From contig CBDFGC010000006.1 in assembly GCA_965246935.1 (NCBI GenBank), forward strand, positions 293,961 to 357,960: a stretch of 64,000 nt of DNA. The letters run 5' to 3'. The DNA comes from Chitinophagaceae bacterium. Its GTDB lineage: Bacteria > Bacteroidota > Bacteroidia > Chitinophagales > Chitinophagaceae. Below are positions 30,436-38,724 of the stretch, piece after piece. How positions within the stretch are numbered: the stretch's first letter is position 1; each line of letters opens with the position of its first letter. The notes beneath the pieces are model-generated. The model made no database searches. It was not told where the DNA came from and worked only from the letters and a program-made list of their open reading frames with translations. Made by a program: the position numbers and the translations under genes.

Positions 30436-31857
30436 TTAATTCCTTTCCCAAACCCCCGTTACAAATTTCTCTACAGCCCGCCGTACACCTCGGCCCGTGC
30501 TATTATGGTTATTTACCATAATGGAAAAAAGCAGCAGCTTCTTACTTTTACAAATTAAATAACCGCTTAATGCAACCTGCCCGCTGAGGGTACCGGTTTT
30601 AGCAAAAATATTTGAACCTAATTTCTGGTAATAACTGGTTAGCGTACCGGTATTTCCTTTGGGTAAAATATTGTGGATGCGATCTAACCCAAATTCGTTT
30701 TTTATTTTCAGCAGTAGTGTAACAATATCCTGTGGGGTAAACTGGTTGTACCGGCTGAGGCCGCTACCATCCACCCAAACGGGTTTTTGCGGCAGGTCTT
30801 TTAAATCATTTTTTAATAAGGTATCAATGATATCTTCATCATTCATGTAACCTAATTTTTCATTGCTTACCATTAATAAACTTTGCTCCGCAAAAAAATT
30901 ATCGCTGCGGTGCATCATGGGTTTTAGAAGAGAGTCGGTTGGTTGAGAGTGTATGGTGTGAGTAATTAGATGATTGGGAATTCTACTGTATAAGCTGTTA
31001 CCACTAAGCCATCCTGATTTAATATTATGAATTTCATAATCTTTATTTAAAATATTAACGGCTGTATTAGCGCCATCTGTAACGAATGGGATTTCTTCTG
31101 TAGAAAAAGTAATATTGCTCTCATCGTAACTCAGCGATAACTCATTGCTTATCCTTCCTCTTTTAATTGAGAAATGTAACAAGGCTTTTTTTCTTTCAAC
31201 ACTATCCCGCATTTTGTAAGCAGCAACAACGGATGAGGGAAGAATAAAATAATTGCTTATGCCTGAACCAAAATAAGAAGGTGTAACTATCCATTTCAAA
31301 TTTGCCGAATGGCTTTCACTTCCGATTGTATAGCTATTTAGTTTAAACTTTACCGTATTTCCCTGAATAGGAAAAGGGCTACGCTCAGCCATATAATCGC
31401 TATTGTAATCATCCCATGACCAGCCCATTCCTAAAGCACTGTCTTTCCAGTTGCCCCAGGATAAATTGATTGCTGCCTTTTGGTTTTTTAAAAATTCTAA
31501 AACGGGCTGTTTAGGGAAATCCGGGTGTAAAAAAGTAGGGTCACCGGTTGCAAAAATGTTAATGGCTGTATCACTAAATTGTTGGTACTGCAATCCTACC
31601 AAACTATCTCCCAAATACTTCATCGCCGCATAGCAGGTAAATAATTTCGTATTACTCGCAGGCACAAAATATTTATTACCCTGATAATTGTAAACATATT
31701 TGTTAGCAACAGGATCATAAATACTAATGCCAACATGTGCCCCAGCTAAAGCCGTATCAGTTAACATTGCCTGCTGCGATTTTGCAAAATAGCGGCCAGG
31801 CGAGCAGGAAGTCATACCGGCTGCTGCAACAGCAATAAGAAAGAGAATTTTTTGCAT
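30436..31857 (-). CDS. dacB: D-alanyl-D-alanine carboxypeptidase/endopeptidase, PBP4 (peptidase S13)
   Basis: Lipoprotein signal; active-site SNTK (PASNTKLFT); PBP4 family length 473 aa. Confidence 0.8.
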   Translation of the reverse strand: MQKILFLIAVAAAGMTSCSPGRYFAKSQQAMLTDTALAGAHVGISIYDPVANKYVYNYQGNKYFVPASNTKLFTCYAAMKYLGDSLVGLQYQQFSDTAINIFATGDPTFLHPDFPKQPVLEFLKNQKAAINLSWGNWKDSALGMGWSWDDYNSDYMAERSPFPIQGNTVKFKLNSYTIGSESHSANLKWIVTPSYFGSGISNYFILPSSVVAAYKMRDSVERKKALLHFSIKRGRISNELSLSYDESNITFSTEEIPFVTDGANTAVNILNKDYEIHNIKSGWLSGNSLYSRIPNHLITHTIHSQPTDSLLKPMMHRSDNFFAEQSLLMVSNEKLGYMNDEDIIDTLLKNDLKDLPQKPVWVDGSGLSRYNQFTPQDIVTLLLKIKNEFGLDRIHNILPKGNTGTLTSYYQKLGSNIFAKTGTLSGQVALSGYLICKSKKLLLFSIMVNNHNSTGRGVRRAVEKFVTGVWERN

Positions 31858-31934
31858 AAAAAGAAAACCTGCAAATCTTACGAAAATAGCTCGTAAAACA
31901 TTGCAGGCCTTTAAAAGTCGTTAATGGAAGCAAT

Positions 31935-32336
31935 CTATTCCAACCCTTCAACACCGGCTTTTGCCACTTTATTATCATCATCCACAGTACTGCCGCTTAC
32001 GCCAATAGCGCCAATAACTGTACCCGCAGAATCTTTCAAGGGGATACCACCCGGAAAACTGATTAACCCGTTGTTAGAAACTTCAATACCGTAAAGTGGT
32101 TCGCCAGGTTGCGATAGCTTGCCCAGATCGCCGGTAGGCATATCAAAATAGCGGGCCGTTTTTGCTTTTTTAATAGCAATATCTACCGATCCCAGCCAGG
32201 CGCCTTCCTTTCGGGCAAAAGCCATCAGGTGGCCACCGCCACATACTACTGCCACGTTCATCTTTAGCTTCATGTCTTCTGCTTTGGCCAGTGCTGCTTT
32301 TACCACAGCCTGTGCCTGTTCTAATGTAATGCTCAT
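31935..32336 (-). CDS. GlcG/HbpS-like (DUF336) haem-binding family protein
   Basis: 133 aa; GGGHLMAFARKEG...IAIKKAKTA, GAIGVSGSTVDDD motifs. Confidence 0.65.
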   Translation of the reverse strand: MSITLEQAQAVVKAALAKAEDMKLKMNVAVVCGGGHLMAFARKEGAWLGSVDIAIKKAKTARYFDMPTGDLGKLSQPGEPLYGIEVSNNGLISFPGGIPLKDSAGTVIGAIGVSGSTVDDDNKVAKAGVEGLE

Positions 32337-32553
32337 TTGTTTTTATTTTTCTAATGATGGAAAGCAACAGCCGTTGCAATTATTATTCCTTAACTCTTAT
32401 TTTCTTATTCTTAATTCTATGCTGTTAACAGGAAGTGCCGCCAAAACGATAAAAGTATTTTTGAAGATAAAAAACAGCCCCGCTTTTTAGCAGGGCTGTT
32501 TTTTTATATAGCATGTAGAAAGCAATGTTGGTTCATTCTACATTTGGCAGTAT

Positions 32554-34719
32554 ATGCAGGGGAAACAATTACGAAAATTAGAAGCCGAGCTGTGGCGGGC
32601 TGCCGACCAGCTTCGGGCCAACAGTAAACTAACTGCTTCAGAATATTCAATGCCTGTGCTGGGGCTTATCTTTTTACGGCATGCTTTCAACCGGTTTAAG
32701 AAAGTAAAGGTTGATATTGAAAAGGATTTGCCTACGCACCCGCAACGTGGTAAACGGGCGTTGACCAAGAAAGACTTTGAAGAAAAAAACAGTTTGTTTT
32801 TGCCCGAAACGGCACAGTTCGATTACCTGGTGGCCCTACCGGAAAATACCGATATTGGTGAGGCAATTGATGCCGCCATGAAGGCTATTGAAGAAGCGTA
32901 CGATAACCTGAAAGGCGTACTGCCAAAGAACTTTTCCATTTTTAGCAAAGACCTGCTGCGGGAACTGCTTCGCATTTTTAATAAGGAAGTATTGCAAAAG
33001 GCCGAAGGTGATTTGTTTGGAAAGATTTACGAATACTTCCTCAACAAATTTGCCATGACCGGCGCACAGGAAGGCGGTGAATTTTTTACGCCCATGAGCC
33101 TGGTGCAAACCATTGTAAATGTAATAGAGCCCGACCATGGCATTGTGCTGGACCCCGCCTGCGGCAGTGCCGGTATGTTTGTGCAAACCGGCTATTTCAT
33201 TGAGAGCGAAGGCTTGCGGCCCGCTGAAAAAGTAACCTTTTACGGACAGGAAAAAGCCGAACAAAATACCCGGCTGGCCAAAATGAATATGGCCGTGCAT
33301 GGGCTGGAAGGCAATATACAGGAAGGCAATACTTTTTACGAAGACAAGCACAACCTGGCCGGCAGTGCCGACTTTGTAATGGCTAATCCGCCATTTAATG
33401 TGGATGGCGTGGACAAAGGCAAAGATGCTGTAAAGAAAGATCCCCGCCTGATGCTGGATGGCAAAGTAGCCCTGCCTAAAAATGACAATGCTAACTATCT
33501 GTGGATTCAGTATTTCTACAATTACCTGAAGCCAACCGGAAGGGCCGGGTTTGTAATGGCCAGCAGCGCCTCCGATGCGGGGCATAGTGAACGGGACATT
33601 CGGGAAAAACTGGTATGCACCGGTGCGGTAGATGTAATGATGGCGGTGGGCAATAACTTTTTCTATACCCGTAGCCTTCCCTGCACGTTGTGGTTTTATG
33701 ATAGGGGAAAGGAAAGTCTGAACCAGGATTTACAGGATGATAGAATGAGCAGGATAACGATAGCAAATAAGCAAAATCCTGGCTATCAGGCCATTCATGA
33801 AAATCCTGGTTCAGACAATTTTCGCAGCAAAGACACCGTGCTGATGCTGGATGCCCGCAAAATATACCGGAAGGTAACCAGCAAGGTAAACGATTTTAGC
33901 CCGGAGCAATTGCAAAACCTGATTTGCATTGTAGGCCTGTACCGGGGCGAAAATGAAAAATTTGCTACTACTGTAAAAAACTATTTACAGAAAGCATCCG
34001 ATGCTGCTTTTGCTGCGGTAGATGTTGTGGAACAATGGCAGCAAACAGTACAGCGCATTATTGGCAATGAGAAGATAAAAACCATTAGCGAAACACTATA
34101 CGAAAGCTTAAACAACCTGGAAGGCTACGAACCTGTGCAGCAGTTGCAAAAAGATTTTATAGATGCTGTAAAGAATAAGGCAACCACCGCAGGTTACGGT
34201 TCTACCTCCTCCGCTTTTGGGGGAGGTTGGGTGGGAGCCACCCTCCGTAAGCCATTGGATAAATTAGTAAAAATCCTGCTGGATACCGTTGCTGCTGCCC
34301 AGCGGAATGATGGCCTGAATAAGCTGCCGGCCTGGAAGGCGCTGAACCTGAAAGAAGAACTGGATACCCTGCGCAACCTGCAACAGCAACTAAGCGGAAA
34401 TGTAGAGGAAGAAGAGCCTGGCCTGCTGCATGAGATAGAGTATTATTACAAGCAAGCACACTGGCTTACCAGCCGTTTCCCGGATGGCGTGTATGCCGAT
34501 GTGGAAGGCTTGTGCAAAGTGGTAACGCAAGCCGAAATAGCAACCAAAGACTGGAGCCTGAGCCCCGGCCGTTATGTGGGCGTAGATGCCGCAACGGATG
34601 ACGGCATTGATTACGAAGAACGCCTGGCCGAAATACACATTGAGTTGGAAAGCCTGAACGAAGAAGCCATTACTTTAGCAAATTTGATAAGCGAAAATTA
34701 TAAGGAGTTGGTGGTATGA
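32554..34719 (+). CDS. hsdM: Type I restriction-modification system methyltransferase subunit HsdM (long form, 721 aa)
   Basis: HsdM N-domain, AdoMet motif LDPACGSAGMF, catalytic NPPF (MANPPFNV), C-terminal DWSLSPGRYVG; overlaps hsdS start by 4 nt. Confidence 0.88.
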   Translation: MQGKQLRKLEAELWRAADQLRANSKLTASEYSMPVLGLIFLRHAFNRFKKVKVDIEKDLPTHPQRGKRALTKKDFEEKNSLFLPETAQFDYLVALPENTDIGEAIDAAMKAIEEAYDNLKGVLPKNFSIFSKDLLRELLRIFNKEVLQKAEGDLFGKIYEYFLNKFAMTGAQEGGEFFTPMSLVQTIVNVIEPDHGIVLDPACGSAGMFVQTGYFIESEGLRPAEKVTFYGQEKAEQNTRLAKMNMAVHGLEGNIQEGNTFYEDKHNLAGSADFVMANPPFNVDGVDKGKDAVKKDPRLMLDGKVALPKNDNANYLWIQYFYNYLKPTGRAGFVMASSASDAGHSERDIREKLVCTGAVDVMMAVGNNFFYTRSLPCTLWFYDRGKESLNQDLQDDRMSRITIANKQNPGYQAIHENPGSDNFRSKDTVLMLDARKIYRKVTSKVNDFSPEQLQNLICIVGLYRGENEKFATTVKNYLQKASDAAFAAVDVVEQWQQTVQRIIGNEKIKTISETLYESLNNLEGYEPVQQLQKDFIDAVKNKATTAGYGSTSSAFGGGWVGATLRKPLDKLVKILLDTVAAAQRNDGLNKLPAWKALNLKEELDTLRNLQQQLSGNVEEEEPGLLHEIEYYYKQAHWLTSRFPDGVYADVEGLCKVVTQAEIATKDWSLSPGRYVGVDAATDDGIDYEERLAEIHIELESLNEEAITLANLISENYKELVV

Positions 34720-35912
34720 AATCCAAGGTTTATAAAATAGATGACATTAAAGCTCAAGGAAAGTACAATTTAGTGGGAGGGCCATTTGGGTCAGACTTAG
34801 TATCAAAAGATTATGTCGAGGCTGGAGTTCCAGTTCTCCGTGGTACAAACCTTCCTTTTGACAAAAAGTTTTCTCATGATGATTTGGTATTTGTTTCAAA
34901 TGAAAAGGCTAAAAAATTGAAAGCAAATATTGCGTTTCCTAGGGATATAGTTTTTACACAAAGAGGAACGCTTGGTCAGATCGGCATAATACCAACGGGA
35001 TTCTATGACGAATATGTTGTTTCCCAAAGTCAAATGAAGTTGACAGTTAATGAACAGTTGGCTGTACCTGAATTTGTTTATTATTATTTTAGTTCACAGA
35101 AAGGTAGAAATAGTATAAAGGCACATTCAATTACTTCAGGTGTACCTCATATCAATTTGACCATTTTAAAGAATTTGAAAATATTACTTCCTTTAATTCC
35201 AGTACAACAAAAAATCGTTTCAATTTTATCGGCTTATGATGATTTGATAGAAAATAACTTGAAGCGGATAAAACTGCTGGAGGAGTCCATTAATCTTAAT
35301 TACAATTTATTAAACTCTAAAGAAGATAAATATTGGAGTATTATTAAATTAAATTCTTTGATAGACATTATATCTGGTTATCCTTTTAAGAGCAATTATT
35401 ATAATGAAAATGGCAGGTATAAGATTGTTACGATCAAGAATGTTCAGGATGGATTTTTTATTTCTGAAGCAACAGATAAGATTGATGACATTCCTATAAA
35501 TATGAGTAAAAAAATATTTCTGAATACAGGGGATATAATAATGTCATTAACTGGAAATGTTGGAAGAGTATGTCTTGTCTTTGGTGATCATTATGTTTTA
35601 AATCAACGGGTGATAAAGCTTTCGGTAAAATTGGATACTGATAAAGGATTCACTTATGCGTTGTTACGGGATAAAAAAATGCAAACTACTTTAGAAAATT
35701 TATCAAGTGGTACAGCACAACAAAATTTAAGTCCCGTTAAAATGGGAGAGTTGTTTATTAAGTATCCAACTGCTATCCTGAGAAAAGAATTTAATCAAAT
35801 AACCCTCCCAATGATTGATTTAATTTGTAAGATCAATCAACAAAACACCAAACTCCGTGAAGCCCGTGATATTTTATTGCCAAGGCTAATGAGTGGGGAA
35901 ATAGAAGTATGA
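34716..35912 (+). CDS. hsdS: Type I R-M specificity subunit HsdS (two TRDs)
   Basis: Two target-recognition domains separated by conserved helical spacer; AT-rich as typical for TRDs; coupled to hsdM. Confidence 0.8.
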   Translation: MKSKVYKIDDIKAQGKYNLVGGPFGSDLVSKDYVEAGVPVLRGTNLPFDKKFSHDDLVFVSNEKAKKLKANIAFPRDIVFTQRGTLGQIGIIPTGFYDEYVVSQSQMKLTVNEQLAVPEFVYYYFSSQKGRNSIKAHSITSGVPHINLTILKNLKILLPLIPVQQKIVSILSAYDDLIENNLKRIKLLEESINLNYNLLNSKEDKYWSIIKLNSLIDIISGYPFKSNYYNENGRYKIVTIKNVQDGFFISEATDKIDDIPINMSKKIFLNTGDIIMSLTGNVGRVCLVFGDHYVLNQRVIKLSVKLDTDKGFTYALLRDKKMQTTLENLSSGTAQQNLSPVKMGELFIKYPTAILRKEFNQITLPMIDLICKINQQNTKLREARDILLPRLMSGEIEV

Positions 35913-35920
35913 TGTATTAT

Positions 35921-36023
35921 GTGCCGTAGGTACAACCTGTTTGTAGAAAATCAATTGCCATCCAACGTATTGTGCCACGTAGTGGCTACCTGTTAAATCC
36001 TGTGTACACGCTACAACTAACCC
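35921..36023. repeat. REP-like palindromic elements (variant gccgtaggtacaacctgtttgtag + canonical gccacgtagtggctacctgtt)
   Basis: Core palindrome GCCACGTAGTGGC; same family as arrays flanking the RAYT gene. Confidence 0.7.
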
Positions 36024-36062
36024 GTTGAAAAAATACAAACCGCTTTTATAAAAAACGAAAAC

Positions 36063-36476
36063 ATGTTTGACGAAACCAACAAATACAAAACAAACGACCA
36101 TTTCTTTTACATGCCGGGCAGCAGCTTGCCGGAAGTAAGCAAAGCGGTTCCTGCACTACCCGGTGTGTATTATATTATCCGGCTTGCCCGTGGCCATGTA
36201 GATCTTGTTTTTATTGGTAAATCCGGCGCAGGTGCCCAGCTAGGCAATTTAAAAGAAACAATTAGCCGGGGCCTTATCAGCGGCATATCAACCAAAGCCT
36301 CCCAAAGCTTCATACATCGGAAAATGATTGCCGAAAAAATAGATGGGCTTGACATTTACTGGTTTGTAACCATAGATGGCAAAAACAACGATTTACCCGA
36401 ATATGCCGAAGCATTATTAAAACAACGGGTGTACAATACGTATGGCAGGCTACCGCCGTGGAATGCAGAAGTGTAG
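36063..36476 (+). CDS. Hypothetical protein with possible GIY-YIG-like motif
   Basis: PGVYYIIR...LVFIGKSGAG loosely fits GIY-(x10)-YIG spacing; weak. Confidence 0.35.
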   Translation: MFDETNKYKTNDHFFYMPGSSLPEVSKAVPALPGVYYIIRLARGHVDLVFIGKSGAGAQLGNLKETISRGLISGISTKASQSFIHRKMIAEKIDGLDIYWFVTIDGKNNDLPEYAEALLKQRVYNTYGRLPPWNAEV

Positions 36477-36656
36477 ACATGCTATCCTATCTGTCGTTCG
36501 TTCCTAACCGTTTGTAAACAAATGATTACCATCCCCATTCTACAAGCAGGTTGTACCTACGGCACAAAAAACCCATGCACCCATAAAATCTATACAATCT
36601 GCCTCAGTGTAACACTCTGTTTTCAATAAAATAACATCTATCACTCAACACCATTT

Positions 36657-36850
36657 GCCCCGGCGGCTATCTATTTGTAGCATCAGCCGCAGTAATCTCC
36701 TTACGTAATCTGCCACGCAGTGGCTACCTGTTTGTAGCAGAAAACAATGTGATGAATCCACATCATCTGCCACGTAGTGGCTACCTGTTTGTAGCATCAG
36801 CCGTATTAATCTTCTTACGTAATCTGCCACGTAGTGGCTACCTGTTTGTA
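36657..36850 (+). repeat. REP array (4 units, + orientation) immediately upstream of RAYT gene
   Basis: ctgccacgtagtggctacctgtttgtagca x4 with two alternating ~27-bp linkers. Confidence 0.85.
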
Positions 36851-37006
36851 AATAGGCAAATTCCCTTCAATATTTTTTTGCACCTTCGGGATTATCCGTT
36901 TGTATTAAAATGAAAAATGGAATGAGATTTATTTCCTGTCCGGAAAAGATGATATTTTCATACATCGTATGACGTTGCTACCCATTTAACCCATTAAAAA
37001 ATATCA

Positions 37007-37474
37007 ATGGCTAACACTTATACGCAACTTCACGTCCATTTTGTATTCGCTGTAAAATATAGGGCAGCAATAATCGAAGATGGCTGGCGTGAAGAATTGC
37101 ATAAATACATTACCGGTACCGTTCAAAACAATGACCACAAAATGCTGTGTATCAATTCTGTTTCCGATCACCTGCACCTGTTTATTGGTTTCGATACCAA
37201 ACAATCTATTATGGAATTAATGCGGCAGGTGAAAGGCGATAGCGCTGAGTGGGTCAATGACAAACGGTTTACCAAAAGAAAATTTCAATGGCAGGATGGA
37301 TATGGAGCTTTCAGCAATAGCCATTCGCAGATTGATGCAGTTGTAAAATACATTATCCGCCAAAAAGAACATCACCAAAAGAAAACTTTTAGAGAGGAAT
37401 ACCTGAAGATGCTGAAAGATTATGGCGTTGAATATGATGAAAAATATGTTTTTCATGATTTGTTAGATGGATGA
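37007..37474 (+). CDS. IS200/IS605-family HUH Y1 transposase, REP-associated tyrosine transposase (RAYT)-like
   Basis: HVHFVFAVKYR (first His/His region), HuH motif DHLHLFI, catalytic Tyr in VKYIIRQKEHH (cf. IS200 YIRNQ..HH); 155 aa; flanked by inverted REP arrays. Confidence 0.8.
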   Translation: MANTYTQLHVHFVFAVKYRAAIIEDGWREELHKYITGTVQNNDHKMLCINSVSDHLHLFIGFDTKQSIMELMRQVKGDSAEWVNDKRFTKRKFQWQDGYGAFSNSHSQIDAVVKYIIRQKEHHQKKTFREEYLKMLKDYGVEYDEKYVFHDLLDG

Positions 37475-37500
37475 TGATCAACGAAAAACCATGCGCAAAT

Positions 37501-38150
37501 GCTACAAACAGGTAGCCACTACGTGGCAGATTACCTAAGAAGATCAATACGGCTGATGCTACAAACAGGTAGCCCCGCCGGGGCATAATGGTATGGATTC
37601 ATCACATTGTTTTCTGCTACAAACAGATAGCCACTACATGGCAGATTACGTAAGAAGATTAATACGGCTGATGCTACAAACAGGTAGCCACTACGTGGCA
37701 TAATGGTGTGGATTCATCACATTGTTTTCTGCTACAAACAGATAGCCACTACATGGCATAATGGTGTGGATTCATCACATTGTTTTCTGCTACAAACAGG
37801 TAGCCACTACGTGGCAGATTACCTAAGAAGATCAATACGGCTGATGCTACAAACAGATAGCCACTACGTGGCATAATGGTATGGATTCATCACATTGTTT
37901 TCTGCTACAAACAGGTAGCCCCGCCGGGGCAGATTACGGAAGAAGATTAATACGGCTGATGCTACAAACAGGTAGCCACTACGTGGCAGATGATGTAGAT
38001 TCATCACATTTTTTTTGCTACAAACAGGTAGCCCCGCCGGGGCAGATTACGTAAGAAGATCAATGCAGATGATGCTACCACAAACAGGTAGCCACTACAT
38101 GGCAGATGATGGAAGACGATCAATGCAGGTGATGCCTACCTGTTTGTAAC
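37501..38150 (-). repeat. REP tandem array (~11-12 units, 57-58-bp period, minus orientation) downstream of RAYT; CRISPR-like in appearance
   Basis: gctacaaacaggtagccactacgtggcag repeated with two alternating linker types (attacctaagaagatcaatacggctgat / ataatggtatggattcatcacattgttttct); variants with ccccgccgggg core. Confidence 0.85.
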
Positions 38151-38270
38151 AACTAAATAAGGTAATTAATATCCCAGGCATTTGTATATTTACCTATAAG
38201 CTGTTTCGTTTTTTAACCTGTTCAATGTCAAATAGCGATAAAGTAAGATCGTATTAGCCAAATGTGCTGT

Positions 38271-38340
38271 AAGCACTACCTGTTTGTAGAAAATGACAGC
38301 AATTAAATTGTTTTATGCCACGTAGTGGCTACCTGTTTAC
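38271..38340. repeat. REP half-site plus full REP copy
   Basis: cactacctgtttgtag ... gccacgtagtggctacctgttta. Confidence 0.6.
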
Positions 38341-38392
38341 CCCTTAGTTACGTTTACCAGCAAAAGATTATTAAAATACTAAACAGCCTCCT

Positions 38393-38683
38393 ATGCTAAA
38401 AACATGTGAAGTGAAATTGTATCAGGAATTATTGGATGAAACACCGGAAGAAGTTGAAACCTTCATTCGGCTATATGCTGATTTGCAATTAAAGATTAGC
38501 CGCATTGTGGAACAGAAAGGTATTACCAAAGAAACATTACTACAAGTCGAAGCCATGCAAACGCAGGAAACGAGGAAATGGCTAAAGGGTGAACATGATT
38601 TCTCTTTATGCTGTTTATCCAAACTGTCAGTTGAGTTAGAAGAGCCGTTGTTGGAAGTGCCATCTTTAAAAACTGAGCGGTAG
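38393..38683 (+). CDS. Hypothetical 96-aa protein upstream of hsdR
   Basis: ORF only. Confidence 0.3.
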   Translation: MLKTCEVKLYQELLDETPEEVETFIRLYADLQLKISRIVEQKGITKETLLQVEAMQTQETRKWLKGEHDFSLCCLSKLSVELEEPLLEVPSLKTER

Positions 38684-38724
38684 TTGATACGAATTTATAG
38701 GCACCCCTATATAAATTTCACACC

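Noticed and set aside
32554-34719. HsdM 721 aa considered a gene fusion or chimera; G-rich patch TTAGYGSTSSAFGGGWVGATL (34195-34260) encoded by a small palindrome cctcc...ggagg
   Set aside because: N-domain, NPPF catalytic domain and the classical C-terminal DWSLSPGRYVG are all in one frame, consistent with known long-form HsdM; the palindromic patch is too short or degenerate to call an insertion.
37501-38150. Apparent CRISPR array (regular ~29-bp repeats with ~28-bp spacers)
   Set aside because: The spacers are only two alternating sequences, the repeats are palindromic REP units, no cas genes are nearby, and the same repeat is dispersed singly across the window; this is a REP/BIME-like array.
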